NCBI RefSeq assembly: GCF_009834535.1 | Contig: NC_045697.1 | Span: 78,308,001-78,372,000, forward strand | Length of the DNA stretch: 64,000 bases | From: Camelus ferus | Lineage: Eukaryota | Reading direction: 5' to 3' | Shown: positions 38,146 through 51,800 of the stretch, piece by piece | Numbering within the stretch: position 1 is the stretch's first letter | How the letters are laid out: every line of letters starts with the position of its first letter | Notes under the pieces: generated by a model | What the model was told of the DNA's origin: nothing | The model's database searches: none | What the model saw: only the letters and a program-made list of their open reading frames with translations | Translations under genes and position numbers: made by a program

Positions 38146-40449
38146 AAAAATTGAATTCATTTTGAATCTAGTCCACTTAATCATGCCAAATGATAGAATT
38201 CTAATTTGTAGACTGCCTGTGCCTTTTTAGAATAGTCATCTGGTTTGACAACAATAGAAGTATTTGATACATTTTGCCAAGAATGTCTCTTCTCATGATT
38301 CCTGTCCAGACACGCCATCACTCACCGTTCTCTACTCCAACTGATTGTTCCTTAGGCTTTAGGCTGCTCCTATTAAAGGTCAGGAATGCAAAGGCCTCTA
38401 GCAGCCCACATGGGTGTATCTTGCCCTAGCTGCTGAAGGAGGTGTCATTACTGGCACAGCACTCTGGTGGGTGGGCTGAGCACATGGACATGGAGCAGCC
38501 GGTGTGACTGTGCCTCTCTGTGCCCTGCCTGCTGGGGCAAGACAGTGTTGTGCCATCAGACTCTGCTCTGCCAGAGAGTCCCCATCAAAGAGACCTGAGT
38601 AAAGGAGCCCATTCCTGGGTGGAGACTCCTGGCTCAGGGTCTACGTACTGGAGGGACTGCCGCTCTGCAGCTTCTTGGGCAAAACTGTGACCTATCTGTG
38701 CGACAATGATGCACTTTGGCACTCTCATTGAGGTGCTTTAGACCAAACTCTTTCTATCTGAGGCTTATTATATGGACTTTTCAAAGTTTTCAAGAAGGAA
38801 TTTTCTCACAGTATCTGTCTGTTAAAGGACTTTGAGACCCAGAGACTATACAGTGGAGTTTATTAAAAGAATATTTTATACATGAAGTTTTCTCCTAAGG
38901 GAAGATGCAATACTTTGAACACAATGTGAATAATGAATGTGGAAGAAAATTGCACATTTCAGTCTTGCAAAAATGTTTCCAGGATTCCCGAATGACAAGA
39001 TGATAATGGTTGGTATGCAGAAAACGAGGTACCATATCTGATAGGCTTTAAAGCATTCTGGGCTTACCTTTGTGACGTGTGATTGAAAAATGGAGCAGCT
39101 TTCCTTTTGATTTCTTTTCCATCTGTTTTTTACATTTAACTATCCAAGAGCTATATCATTAATCCCTCAAAATGGTCTCTTTTTTATTTTACCCAAGTTT
39201 GTTTTCTGAAGGTAGAAGCCCATCCTGGGCTCTGTAGGACTCTACCTCACACATCAAACATTCCATCAGCTGACATTAGCAGGGTAAAATCTTTCTATTT
39301 TTGATATCTCTGAGTTCAAATGAGATAAACATTTACTTACACAAAGGTTTTAGCAATAATATGATGGTTAAGGCTTCGTGGTTCACGAATTAGAATTTGT
39401 ATTTGTTCAGTTTAGTGAAACCTATATTTTACTAACAAAAAATAAAGTTTCACTTACCGTACAATGAAGTGAATCAGCACACATTAATCATGATTACTTT
39501 GTAAAAGGCTATGACGTTGCTATTAAACAAATAAACAATAGATCCTCTGTTCCAAGAAACATTTCATCTAAGAAAAAAATGATTTTGTAATTCAAACCAG
39601 AAATTGCCCTAAATGTTTAGCCTGCGTTGGCTCATTTTGCATGCCATTTTATCTGGGCACTTTCTGTTGACATTTTTCGTGTTCGTAACTTCATAGGCTG
39701 TGGTCATTTGTTACCCGGCTATCACCCATCTGCACACATGCATTTGTCATTCTTCTGCTGAATTTGGCTCTAGTTGGGCAATGGGAAGTCAGAGCTGGTG
39801 GAATAATGCTGTTATGTGAAAGATATCATTAGAGGACAACATTGTACTTCAAAGACCAGGAACATATGGTTTTGACTTTTATAAAGATGGCAGGTGGACA
39901 TGAAGAAAAGGTTGATTTCAAATTTATTTCCATGATACGGGGAACTTCTTGAAAGTCTGAGGAAGATTAATTTCCAATTTGGAATTCCTAATAACTGAAA
40001 CATGATCAAGGTTTTACAACTTCCTGAGGGAAATTTTCTGGATGACCAAGCCATCTTCATGTAAACCAATGGAACAATTTAATATAAGTCTCAGAATGAT
40101 CAAATATCAACAAATGTTGGGTAAGAGAAGCTTTGGAAGGTCAACATATGTAGAATGTAATCTATTACAAAAGTTTTAACTAGAGGATATATAACATTAT
40201 AGAACTAAAAAATACATAATTAACTCTTAAATATGATCTGAATAAAATCAAGTAGAGTTTCAAAAATTAGTGCTTATTTTAAAAGGCCACTTTGTTATGT
40301 ATCTAATTGTATTTTTAGTGCTGTTCAGCGTATAAGGGCTTTCTTGTACCCTAGAATGTTAGAACTTCTTTAGTGATGATAATAGTTGGGCTTTTCTAAA
40401 AGTAATTTTTTTCTTCTGTACTTATGATCCTTCCAATCAAATAAAGGGA

Positions 40450-40830
40450 AGAGACTGGACAAACACAAATATAATTCTACTTTTAGCAGTCATCCTATAG
40501 ATATTTGCACATCCTCCAGCAACATTCATAATGGCAAAAATATAAAAAATCATCTAGATGTCCATTTGCAGGGGACAAATTAGATCAGCTATGTTATAAG
40601 TGAACACTGCAATTCTATACCCCATTCCATGAAATAACACAGATTTATATATGATGCCAACAAATAATCTCCTGGACATAGTGATACTATAAAAAGCAAA
40701 GCTCAGAACAGTATGCAGATTTTATATAGCACTTATATAAAAAGGCTGTATGAAATACATATTCTGTATGTATACACATACACACATATATATAATTTTA
40801 CAAATAAAACCACTGACTCAAAGTTTAAAA
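40450..40830 (+). mobile_element. Old L1 (L1ME-like) fragment
   Basis: cagcaacattcataatggcaaaaa...atgtccatt...aaaaagcaaagctcagaacagtatg. Confidence 0.7.
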
Positions 40831-41870
40831 ATAGGGTGCTATCTTTTCCTCATTAATGTTCTGCATACAGAAAACAAAAGAGACCACACGGTCCCCAGGG
40901 GAACCACTCTACTACCTCAGCCTATAAGTGTCTTGAAGTCAAAAATGTCTTTTTACAACCTTGTATTGAAGGGAGTAAGCAATCAGGAGTCTTTTTATAA
41001 ACTTTTCTCTATTTGGGGTAAGGGCTTCCCTCTCTGAGCCCTGCTTTTCTTTTTCAGGACTCAGGATTGCTGTGAGATGGGGGAGCTGCTGGGGTCGGGT
41101 CCTTTTCACACAAAGAAGATTTGGATGAAGGTAAACTGTATCAGAGCAGGCTTGTGGGCACTTCGGCAGGGGAGGAAGAACTGAGATCTTTATTATTTCC
41201 ATCTTTGTGACAGACAAGAGTCACATACTTCATAGATCTTTTAGTGTGATTCTCCAGTGTAGTTAATTCTCTAGTACAGTGAGTTTTAGAGAATGTTTTC
41301 AAACACTTTTGGGAGGATTGGCTGAAGATTGATGTTGAGAGGCAGAGGATAATAGGCATCTTCTCTAAAGTGAGAAGGGAGGTCACTTTTGGAGGGGGAC
41401 AAGGGGAAGATGTATCTTCTCAGTAAGCATTATCAATATAGTAAGAATTCCAGACAGAATATTAGCTCAGTTCTTGGGCCTGAGACCCAGACTAGGTGTA
41501 TCCTAATAATCCTCCTTCCCCTTCTCCACCCACAGGCAGCAGTGCCCCAGGTTGGTGACCCTTTCCTTCCCTGACTACACCGGCAAGGAGAGAATGGGAG
41601 TCTATCTGGGATGCAGGGGCAGCAGAGATAAAGGTCGGGAAAAACTTACTGTCTCTTTCTCCAGGGCCCAGTGTCTCCCACCCCCACAGTCACGAGCAGC
41701 ACCAGTAGGGACTGAGCAGAATCAGGTAGGATCAGGTAGACAAAGCTCTGAAAACTAGATTGTCACTGAAACCACAGCCCACAAAAGCAGGCCAGAATTT
41801 ATCAGGGGGCCAGAGTCTCCTAACATAATATCCAAAATATCCAGAATGTAATTGAAATCACCTATACCAA

Positions 41871-42376
41871 TGTGGAGGAGGAAAAACAGATTTCCCTCTA
41901 TCCTTCTAGGTTTTTGGTTGAGACCCCCTATAATGAAAGAAAGAATAACAAGAGAAAAACACACAGAAGTTTAGTAGCATGTCTACCTTATGTAAACATG
42001 GGAGATACTTAGGAAAATTGAGCAAAAATCCTAGAAAAGATACAAGTTACTGCCTTAAAAACCACCTGCAACTAAGGGAAAAAGAAAGATGTTGGGGGAT
42101 CAGTTATGGGAGGTGACCAGGAAAAGTACAATAAGGTTGTCATATAGATTTAAGTCTAGCATATTCTCCTTTGATGAGTATACTTTGCGATTTAGATCAT
42201 CATTCTCTTCCTGGTGTAGAGAAGGTTACACATAAATGTAAATTTCCTTACAAAATGATAAATTTTGCTCTTTTTAGAGCTTCTCCTGTGTCTACTTTTT
42301 CTAAAAGGTAATCAGCTCAAAATAATCCTTATGCCACAGAGGCATATTTTGGGGTGGCATGTTCTGCTACCCTTTA
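41871..42376 (-). mobile_element. ERV1 solo LTR (MER34-like)
   Basis: tgtggaggaggaaaaacagatttccctcta...aatccttatgccacagaggcatattttggggtggca; 4-bp TSD ccaa/ccaa. Confidence 0.88.
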
Positions 42377-43780
42377 CCAAGGCTCAGGAAAACCACAGCT
42401 TGAATGCAAAAAGACAATCAACAGACACCAACAATGAGATGAACCAGATGTGGGGAATTATCTGAAGGAAATTTTAGGCCATCCTTATAAAAATGCTTCA
42501 ATAAGCATTTTTTAAACCAATGAAAAATTTAACATGTCACCACAAATATAGAAAATACATATATTTTTAAAAAACTCCCACAAATACAGTGAATTTTCCC
42601 AAACATTTAAGAAAGAAATATCCAATTTTATACACATTTCCCAGAGAATTAAAAAAAAAAAAAAAGAAGGAACAAATCCTAGCTCTTTTTTTCAAGGCCA
42701 AGATAATTTTGATACCAAGTTTGCTATCAAAAGAGAAAATTATGAACCAATCTCTCTCATGAACATATAATATATATATATATATGTAGATATAAAGGAG
42801 ATTTCCAATTTCAGTTCTGACATAGTATACAACTTAGAAGTCATTCCCATTCTTACAATAAGAAAAAGTTGAACAAACTGAAAATCAATTATTTTTTTCT
42901 TGGGTCCAACAGTAAACTGAGGGCTAACCACCACCCCAAAGGTGGTGAGATAGCAAAACAGAGGGACAGAGCAACCAAGAAGTTTACCTGGAAGAGAACC
43001 TACTGAAGCCAAATGGATGGGAACACTAAAATGACACTTGTGATGAATTGTTGGAGGCTGAATGTGGACCAGCAGAAGACTGAGAAATCCCTGGGGCCAT
43101 AGTCCTTGTGAGTGACCCACACTATTGTGAACCTTCTCTCCAAAAGCTGCAAAAGAGATTTCCAGGTTCTCATGGTGAAGAGCCATGAAAAAATTTTCTC
43201 ATGACCCTGGCAGGGGAAAGGGAAGAATAACCATTGGGAAACACACTCAGAGCTTCTCCATTACAAATGCCTACTGTCCGGGGGAGAGAACTTCACCAGA
43301 GTGCAAGTCTGAAACCTATTCTTGCTGGGAAAATGGAATTCCTCCCCATTCAGTCCCCTCCAGCTTTCCTCTCTCACCTCACGGTAGTGGTTAGGAGCAC
43401 AGTCAAGAGGGGAAAGGGCTCCAAGGAAACAGACTGGGAACACTGCAATTAAGAAAGGAGTAGGTAGAAAGGGTAAAGTTATACTTCTGTAGGAGAGTCA
43501 GAAACACTTGTGAAGGCTACCGCCCTGAGACATGGGGCCTATTAAAAGCTAATGGAAGATTGACTGCTCCCCTTTCCCCAAGTCTACCATGACATCAACA
43601 ACATTGCACATATTTAACAGCAATTACAGCTAAAAGATCTGCCAGACACAGACTGTCTCAGAGAGGTGTTCATAAAAAGCCCTAAGTCAAGAAGGGAGAC
43701 AAAATAAGGACACTCCAGGATTTGAAGCTTCTGACAGCTATAGTACTCCACACTAACGACAACCTAACTCCTAGTCTGAT

Positions 43781-44472
43781 TGATACAGGAAGAATGGGGC
43801 AAGAGGATGGTCATGTCCTAGGTCTCAGTCGAGTGCCTGGGACATGCCCTGTCAAGTGAGGGTCCTTGGCTTTGCACAGGAAAGAATTCAAGAGTGAGCC
43901 ACAGTAGAGTAAAAGTAGACTTATTCAGAAAGATGCACACTACATAGTCACAGTGTGGGCTGTCTCAGAAGGCCAGAGAAGCCATGAGACACTGGGGCAG
44001 CTGGGGGTGGGGCAGGGATTGTTTAGACTAAAAGTAGATGTACACTCCATAGACAGAGTGCGGGGTCTCCCAGAAGGCAAGAGAGAGAGAGCGACAGGCC
44101 TCGGAGATATACATTCCATAGACAGAATGTGGGCCTTCTCAAAAGGCAAGAGAAAGGCCATGGCTGTGGTGGTGTTTGTTTTTATGAGCTCGGTTATTTC
44201 ATATGCTAACAAGAGGGAGGATTATTCCAACTATGTTGGGGAAGGGGTGGGGATTCCCAGGAACTGGGTCACCACCCACTTTTTGACCTTTTATAGTTAG
44301 CTTTAGAACCGTCATGGTGCTTGTGGGAGTGCCATTTACCATGTTAATATATCACAATGAGTGTATAATGTGAAGCTTAAGATCTAATGGGAGTTGAATC
44401 TTCCGCCATCTTGATGCTAATTGCTGTGTCATTTTTTAATGGTGGTGCCCTGCTCCCTTCCGTCCTGTCTCA
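43781..44472 (-). mobile_element. ERV1-class solo LTR with three internal ~55-65 bp repeats
   Basis: TG...CA ends, terminal inverted repeat tgatacagga/tcctgtctca, TSD tgat/agat, ccttggctttgcacaggaaagaattcaagagtgagcc; repeat units start near 43931, 44036 and 44106. Confidence 0.88.
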
Positions 44473-45370
44473 AGATTAACATATCCTCCCACTAAAGATC
44501 TACTTACTTAGTTCCCATTACCCAATACAGTTCTAGCTTTCAAAAACAAACAAAGAAACAAAGCAAAAAACTATGAGGCATGCCAAAATGATGGTGGAAA
44601 AAAAACGCATTCTGAAGAGACAAAATAACATCAAAATTAGATATACAGATTTTAGAATTATAACAGATTTAGAGTAACTATAATTAATATATTAAGGATT
44701 CTTACTAGAAAAAGTAGACAACATGAAAGAATGCCTTTGATGGGCTCATCTGTAGGCTGGATACAGCCAAGGAAAGAATAAATCAGCTTGAACGTTGGCA
44801 AATAGGAAGTCCTCAAATTGAAATGCAAAGAGTAAAGAGAATTAACATGAAGAGAACAGAATATCCAAGAACTTTGGGACAATTTCAACATGTATAACTC
44901 ATGAGTAATGGGGATGCCAGAAGGAGAAGAGAGAATGGAGCAGAATATTGAAGTAATCATGGCTGAGAACTTTCCAAAATTAATGATTAAAACCCAATAA
45001 CTTAAAATCCTACAAACAGTAAAATAAGGTATCCAAATGTCTTGTCAGACATTGGCTTTATGTAAGGAAAGAAGAGCATCAGAGATAAAAGGAATAAATA
45101 AAGTAAAATAAAATATATTTTTTAGCCTTAAAATTGAACTATTTGTCTACAGTAATATAATACCAGCATGATGGGTGATTATAGCATATGGCTAAGTGAA
45201 ATGAATTACACCAGTGTGATAAGGGATGTAGAGAGGACTTGGGGATACTGTTATGCAGGTACCTGCATTATACATGAGGTGGTAAATTGCTATTTGAAGG
45301 TGGACGTAGATTATTTTAAAAAGTATATCATAACACTAAGGCAACCCTGAAAAATTTTTTAAAGATATAT

Positions 45371-45918
45371 TGTCAGGGACTTGGGAGAAATTTTCTTCTA
45401 CCCTTCTAGGTTCTTCTGGAAGATCTAAGAATTAAACTGACAGGTGAATGGAGGTGAATGGGAGAAAAATCAAAGTTTAGTAACATGAATATATGGGAGA
45501 GACCCAGGAAAACTGACTAACTTACTGAAATGGTGAAGGCCTCACTTTAAATACCATCTTCAGCTAAACACAAAAGAGGGATTGGGGGCAGTGATTCAGG
45601 ACTTCAAAGGGGAGGATAACAATTCACACAGCAATGAAAAAGCAAATGTTTGCTGGGTCATGCAGAGATAACGGGATGCAGAGAGAAATTTTAACAGACT
45701 CTGTGAGGTCCTCCCTGTCTCCCACACCCAGTTCACACTGTAGTCAGCTGTGGTGATGGTGCAGGCCCTTCCTGAAACAGGTCCCCTACCTACATCTTCT
45801 TAGGCACTTAGAGGGAGGGTCAAGTCAAAGTTTCTTCCTGAGCTTCTAGGCCTTGATTGTTAGAAACAAAACGTACGCCAAAGAGATAGTTTGGGGTGGA
45901 AAATTTTGCTCCCCTACA
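45371..45918 (-). mobile_element. ERV1 solo LTR (MER34-like)
   Basis: TG...CA ends, TSD atat/gtat; shares cttctacccttctaggtt and gccaaagaga...ttggggtgg...tgctcccctaca with the 41871 LTR. Confidence 0.85.
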
Positions 45919-47779
45919 GTATAAAATCGTATGCTAAAAGAGGAAATAAAAAGGCATATAAATTTCTCAATTATATAGATTTCTCAATTAAAACTAGAGA
46001 AGTCAGAAAAAGAGAAAAAAGAAGAAACAAAGAACAAATGCAACAAATAGAATATAGTTACAAGATGAGTTAATCCAACCATATCAGTAACTACTTGAAA
46101 TGGAATTTTTCACAGTGATGAGAAAGAACCAGGTACTGCTGCCTGCAACCACATGATCTGCACAAAGATAATGTTGAATGAATGAAACAGACACAAAATT
46201 GTATGTTTTACGTAATGCTGTTTGTAGAAGCTCAAAAACATGTTAAAGTAATATATCACCTAGATGTCAGAGTTGTGGTTACATTTTAGGGACATTGGCT
46301 GGGGAGGGACATGGGGAGATTCTTGTGATGTTGCTAATATTCTATTTCTTGACCAAGTTGGCTGTTAATAAATGTCTTCTTTGTGAATATTCAGTAATGT
46401 ACACAAAAAAGTGTGCATTTTTCTGTATGTAAGTTATGTTTCAATAAAAAATAGCTAATGTATTCAAAAGCATTAACTGTGTATTAGACAAGTTGGAAAT
46501 TCTTGCTAACATTTGGCTTCAATTTATAAACTTATCCTTATTTACATGTTTGCAAACTATCCCCTAAACATACCTTGTAATTACTGTTTTGCTTACACCA
46601 TTGCTATTAATTTTGAATGTTCTACCCTTTGCCAAAATCTTTTAGTTCTTTGATACCTGACTCAAATCTCCAAAATCAATTATTCTTATTTAAATTGTCA
46701 AGTCTACCACCATTGTTCAGGTGCTTATGTTTCCAAAACTAAATAGTAGGCTTTTGTCTGATTGCTTGCTTTTCCAATTCATTCTAATTGGACACAGGAC
46801 CCAGATTAATTTTTTAAATTATTTCTCCTAATTTCCTAATAAAAACAACTCTGTATTTTTCCACTGTAGCCTGCCTTAAGTTCAAACATTTTAGCCTTGA
46901 ATTCAAGGCTTTCTGTGATCTGACATCATCATGTCTTTCCAGTCTTTAAGTGAACACATAATGCAGGTGATCTATATTACTCCGTCTTCAAATAATAAAT
47001 TGTCTCTATTTCTGTGACAGTGCAAATACCATCCCTCCCCTGCATGAGATGTTCAGAAATTCCATGTCCATTGGTAAAATTAAAATATTTTGAGGATCTA
47101 CAATGTTTGGACAAAACAAAAGTATGAATAAAATACAAACCTTTTCTTCAAGAAGCTTAACATTTAATGTGGGAAGCCCATAGGCAACTGTGCATTTGCA
47201 ATCCTTAGTTTTTGAAGTTTACACAAAACCAGTGATGTTCATCAATGTCACCAGCCGTGGGCTTTTGCTCTGTGCTCTGGCTCCATTGGCTCCTGCTCAC
47301 AGATATCCTTTGATGAGCCTCATATGGTTTGATATTTGTCACTTTAGTCTATGATAACAGTTCTTATACAGGAGAAATACTGTTTTATAATTTAGATGTT
47401 AAATAATAGTTTTCTTTTAATCCAACAGAAGGACATCAGTTCAGAAGTGTCACAAAGCATTTTCCCTTGAAATCACGGCTGAAAAATACATACTTACTTA
47501 TACTGCAATATGTATGCAAACCACTTGTGGCAAAGACTAGCGGTCAAATTAATGTACAAAGTTCAGTGTCTCACATGTCCCTGATAGGCTGAGGAGTGTT
47601 CATCACAGTTGAGAATGGATTAGAATTAAGAATGATGAATGTATATTTTATACACAATTTCAATAGGTTCACAGAATCCTTTAAAAAAAAAAATCCTGGA
47701 CTTTAACAATAATGCAAGTCACTCTCTCCAAGAGCCACTCTTAGTGAGATAGTCATTAGGCCTTCCTTGGAAAAGCAGT

Positions 47780-48270
47780 ACTATAGTAGAAGGGCAAATA
47801 AATTTGTAAGGAAACACAGAGATGAAAGCAATTAATTATGACTAGAAGGAACAGGTAAAACTTCATAGAGAAGAGGGCATTTGACCAGAGCCTTAAAGGA
47901 TGAATAGAATTCCAGTAGGAAGAAGAGAAGCAGAGAGGATGCTATAAGAAAAAGTGCAGTGGCCTGAAAGTGATAGCGATCAGAAAGAGACAGATGTATG
48001 TGGGAGTGTTCAATCTAGCAGGTGACCCCAAAACAGCGAATAGAGGAAATTGCGAACATGAACCCCATAAAACTTTCTACCTTTAAGGGGTAAAGAGGGG
48101 GGAGGCAGGAAGGGAACAAAGAAGAATTATTATCAGAGAAGTTGAGGCAAATTAGGTCATTTAGTGTCACATAAATTGAAGGAAGAAAGCCATTAGGGGA
48201 AATAACCAATAGATTCAAATGCTACAGGGTGTAACAGTAGACTGAACAAAGAGAATCTCAGTTTGATTAG
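47780..48270 (-). mobile_element. L2 LINE fragment
   Basis: cttcatagagaagagggcatttgaccagagccttaaaggatgaatagaatt. Confidence 0.65.
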
Positions 48271-48281
48271 GAAGTTAGTAT

Positions 48282-48820
48282 TGTTTCTCCAGAAGGGGAA
48301 GGGAAAAGTCTCCAGTTCTTGTCTTGCCTGAAAGAGAAGAATTCAGATGGGAGGCGTAAGCAATGTGCAGCAAAAGATTTGAAAGATTTTATTTAGCAAA
48401 GGGGAAAGCACATCTCCAAGAGCAGGAGGTGGGCTGGTCCAAGGCAGGATAGCAGTGGTCCTTGTTTGCCCATCTCTTACACCCTTGCTTAGAGCTGGTC
48501 TCTTGATTGATTCAGGGCTTTTGCCACTTGAGTGCTTAGTCATGCTTGTCCCCTTCTGAGTATGTCCTTACTTGCACACAGAAAAATCCACGGAGGGAGG
48601 GGGCTTAAGCCACATTGCTACTTATATTGCAATGTCTGTTTATGGTCTGGTCACTACCATACAGTTGCGACCATGGGGTTCTAGCTGGTTTCTTGTTGGC
48701 ACTCATTTAGAAAAAGTAAAACACCTTTATGCTGAAGGTATACATACCACCATCTTCCAGACAATCCTCCATCCTCTCTACCTATCTGCTCAGTGCCCCC
48801 ACTCATCTAACTACTGAACA
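48282..48820 (-). mobile_element. ERV1-class solo LTR
   Basis: tgtt...aaca termini, perfect 4-bp TSD gtat (48278-48281 / 48821-48824), tttatt (antisense polyA signal) near the left end. Confidence 0.85.
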
Positions 48821-51800
48821 GTATCATGAAATGCATGTTGGCTGGAAATTTAGACTGATGGAGGTCTAGGCCAGAATGAAGTAGAATGGCGAGTGCAGGG
48901 GAGAAGGTACAAACATGAAGATTCAGCTCAAAAAATGATCTCCATACTTGATCACAAGCTGAGAATGGTTTTTCCCAATGAACTCCCTTAAGACTTAGTT
49001 TGTGTCATATACTGATTTTTTAATAAAAAAAATGGCTTGTGGATATTTATATACACATTTCATCTCCCAATTGTGATTGGTATACATTTTTATATACTTT
49101 ATAACATAAAAATAGTACTTTTGTAGTGTGTTCAGTGATTCACTATTTAAACAATGCAGAGTTAAGTAGGATTCTATTTCATGAACTTACACTGGCCACT
49201 CTAATCCTTTCTTCCTTTACTGAGTTACAATGTCAATTATCTATATTCATCAGCCTTTTAAAATACTTCCATGTTTTAGTTTGAAGAGTCTTGAAGAAAC
49301 GTGCATATCTCCATTTTTTATTGTCCATGAGGTCTGGTAGATCCTCAAGGCACTGACTGTTCTGCTCAGATCAAGGCCTTCTTCCCAGCATCCGCAGGTT
49401 ACCTCTCCAAAACCAGTGACACCAACAAAATCAACCAAGTTAAGCCAAATTCAACCAAATCAAGTCATATGATGGGCAAGTGAAGCGGAACTAAATTCAA
49501 ATAAGTCTCTTAACCCCATGTTCCTCTGTTTACATTTGTGAACTATTCATAAATATTTTTCCTATTTCCATATCTCTGAATGTATGAACTCTTGAATATC
49601 AGTTTGAAATTTTTCTTTGGGAATGATTTTTTGTATTTTTAGAAACAATCTGGGGTGTTCATTCAAGAGAAATTCATACAAACCTGCTTAGGAAGGTTAC
49701 CTTGGGACCTGGTGAATATCTTGATAGAGCCTTCTGGAGATTCTAAACATCTATATCAAAGAGCCTTAGCAATGTAACAGTAGAGAAAAGTTCTGAAGGA
49801 GCTGTTTCCTTAGCAAAACTTCTGAGACATCTTAAAAATACTAGACAAATAACCCCAATCTCTGGCGGGGTTGCTTAAAAAAATGTAGAAATAAAAAAAA
49901 GGTGGAATCGATGGATTGGGTACAAGTTGAAACTGAACATTTAAAGCATCTCAACTAGCACCAAATCAATTATATCACTTTTTCTACGCTTCACCTAAAA
50001 ACCATCTGGGGCTGTCATGCAGCCTCAGCCTAAGCACTGTCAAGAAGGAATTGTCCAGATTGTCAAGAACACATGCTTTACATGACTTGTACAACACTTA
50101 CAGGAGGAAGGCAACTTATACAACAATGGGTAAAATTATATGGTGTTCAGGAAGTCCGTAAGTATGAATAGCTTCAGGATAATGTAAATGTTTATGAAGC
50201 ACAGTCAGCAGTTAGAGATTTCACACTTTCTTCCACCAAACACCCAATTTTTCTTTTTTTTTTTTTAAATTATTGTATTTTCAATTCAGGATATTTTCAG
50301 GCACTAGAATATGTTTTGATCTTTTCAGATTTCAATAATTTTACTTAGATCTCTGGATGCTTCTCTTTTACCCTTCACAAATCTTTAGAAGTGCAAAATC
50401 ATTGGAAAGTTCTTTTCTTTCTCTGTTACATAAGGGCTATGGAGGAGTAGGGAAAGGATTCTCAATGCCTTTCGTTTATAAAAATGGTATTTTGGGTATT
50501 AGTAATTAAAGTATTGCAGATCATTTTAAGTCATGTATTCAAGCAGTCTCAAAGTTTCATTCATTTGATCACTATAAAGGGGCGAGCTAAGCGTTAGGAA
50601 TACAGTTCCTGCACTGACAGAGCTTACCAGATAAGCTGACACAATAGATGAATTCATATCCATGCATTCTACTTTTAAGGAAAGTCCTCTGAAATGGAAA
50701 TGATATAATGTCATTCTAGGGAAATTTAATTTCAGTTTTTTTCCCTATCTTACATTGTTCAAATACGAACTCAAATGTTTGTGCTCGTTCCTAAGATGTC
50801 TGCAATCATCCAAGGATGTTCATTTAATCTTTATAATGTTAATTCTGTGTCATTCTTTGTTCTCTATCATATTGGTCCTCTACTCAAATATTTTTCCTAA
50901 TTCACTGCATTTTTGAAGCCTAAATATTTTCTTGACTCTAGATCACTTGAGGTAGAGAACAGGAGACAATGTGTCCCTTTATGTCAAGGCAATGTCTCTA
51001 AGAAATTGATTTTGAAATGGCCTGTTGCTGAAGAGGCCCTGAGTTATGTATTAAGACAATTTAATTTTGTTCTCATCTTGGATGCAACCTTCAGAACCGA
51101 ATTATTGCCTTGAGAGGGAGGGAAGACAATTGCAAAAGAGTATCTTTGACTTAGCTCCTCATACATGCTTGGCACTATTACTTGGGATAGGATGGAGAGT
51201 CATCTTAATGGGCACTTACCAGTCATCCTACTGTGCAAAGGATAAGGCTTGGGAAGCTAGAGCAGATGACTCCCAAATGCCATTGCAATTCTAACATGCT
51301 ATGACCCTTGATAGCTACTACCTAGGAGAACAAACTTAAGGGCACATTAAACAGATAACTAAAGCCACAACAATCCCAAATCTGAAGAAGAGCCAGGATT
51401 TCTCTCACGTTTGGCGTTAGATGATGATTTACTTACCTCTTTTTATTTATTATTTTATGTGTCATTTATTGACTCATAGAAACTGCCATACACATCTGGT
51501 CCATTTTTCCTTTTGGATGGTTTCCTTTGGAAACTGTGGGGAAGAGTTGGTATGAAATTAGAGTCCTCTTTTGTTCTATTAAAAATCACGTACTCCATGA
51601 TTATGCTCCAAAATTGGATTGACACACATGTGATCACAGACTTCTGAGAGATGCTGTTGGAAGAGCCTGCTAGCTTCTCTTCTTCTCACTGCAGATGCAC
51701 GTCTGGAATTTGCTTCTTTGGAATCCTTTTGTTTTTATGTAGTGTTTTTCAATTCTATTCAAATAGTCAATGACATCTCTTTTTTCTTTCTTCATTTTCT

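Larger units (their letters stand above)
41460..46450 (+). mobile_element. Mosaic of old L1 pieces (5' UTR/ORF1, ORF2 fragment, 3' end) hosting three LTRs
   Basis: L1 5'/ORF1-like motifs at about 41760-42550 and 42800-45000 (aatatccaagaactttgggacaatttcaa, atggctgagaactttccaaaatt); ORF2 piece 42570-42770; 3' end 46110-46450 ending tcaataaaaaa. Confidence 0.8.

Noticed and set aside
40939..41386. Overlapping 81-92 aa minus-strand ORFs with protein-like composition
   Set aside because: No recognisable family, splice boundaries or consistent frame.
42740..43186. Longest ORF in the track (148 aa)
   Set aside because: Antisense to old L1 sequence; no recognisable protein.
43931..44159. Three spaced repeats superficially like a CRISPR array
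   Set aside because: Degenerate 55-65 bp units inside an LTR in mammalian DNA, with no cas genes.
47498..47580. TLYINLTASL resembling aGPCR TM2
   Set aside because: Out of order relative to the better GPS candidates at 39.1 and 36.55 kb.
49320..49440. Third GPS-like reading (GEVTCGCWEEGLDLSRTV)
   Set aside because: Lacks the conserved Trp and C-x-C-x-H without heavy editing; it shows how easily such motifs arise by chance.
49643..50129. Plus-strand exon-like stretch with TPR-like words (NNLG, LYQRALA)
   Set aside because: The words are in different frames, and stop density is at background level.
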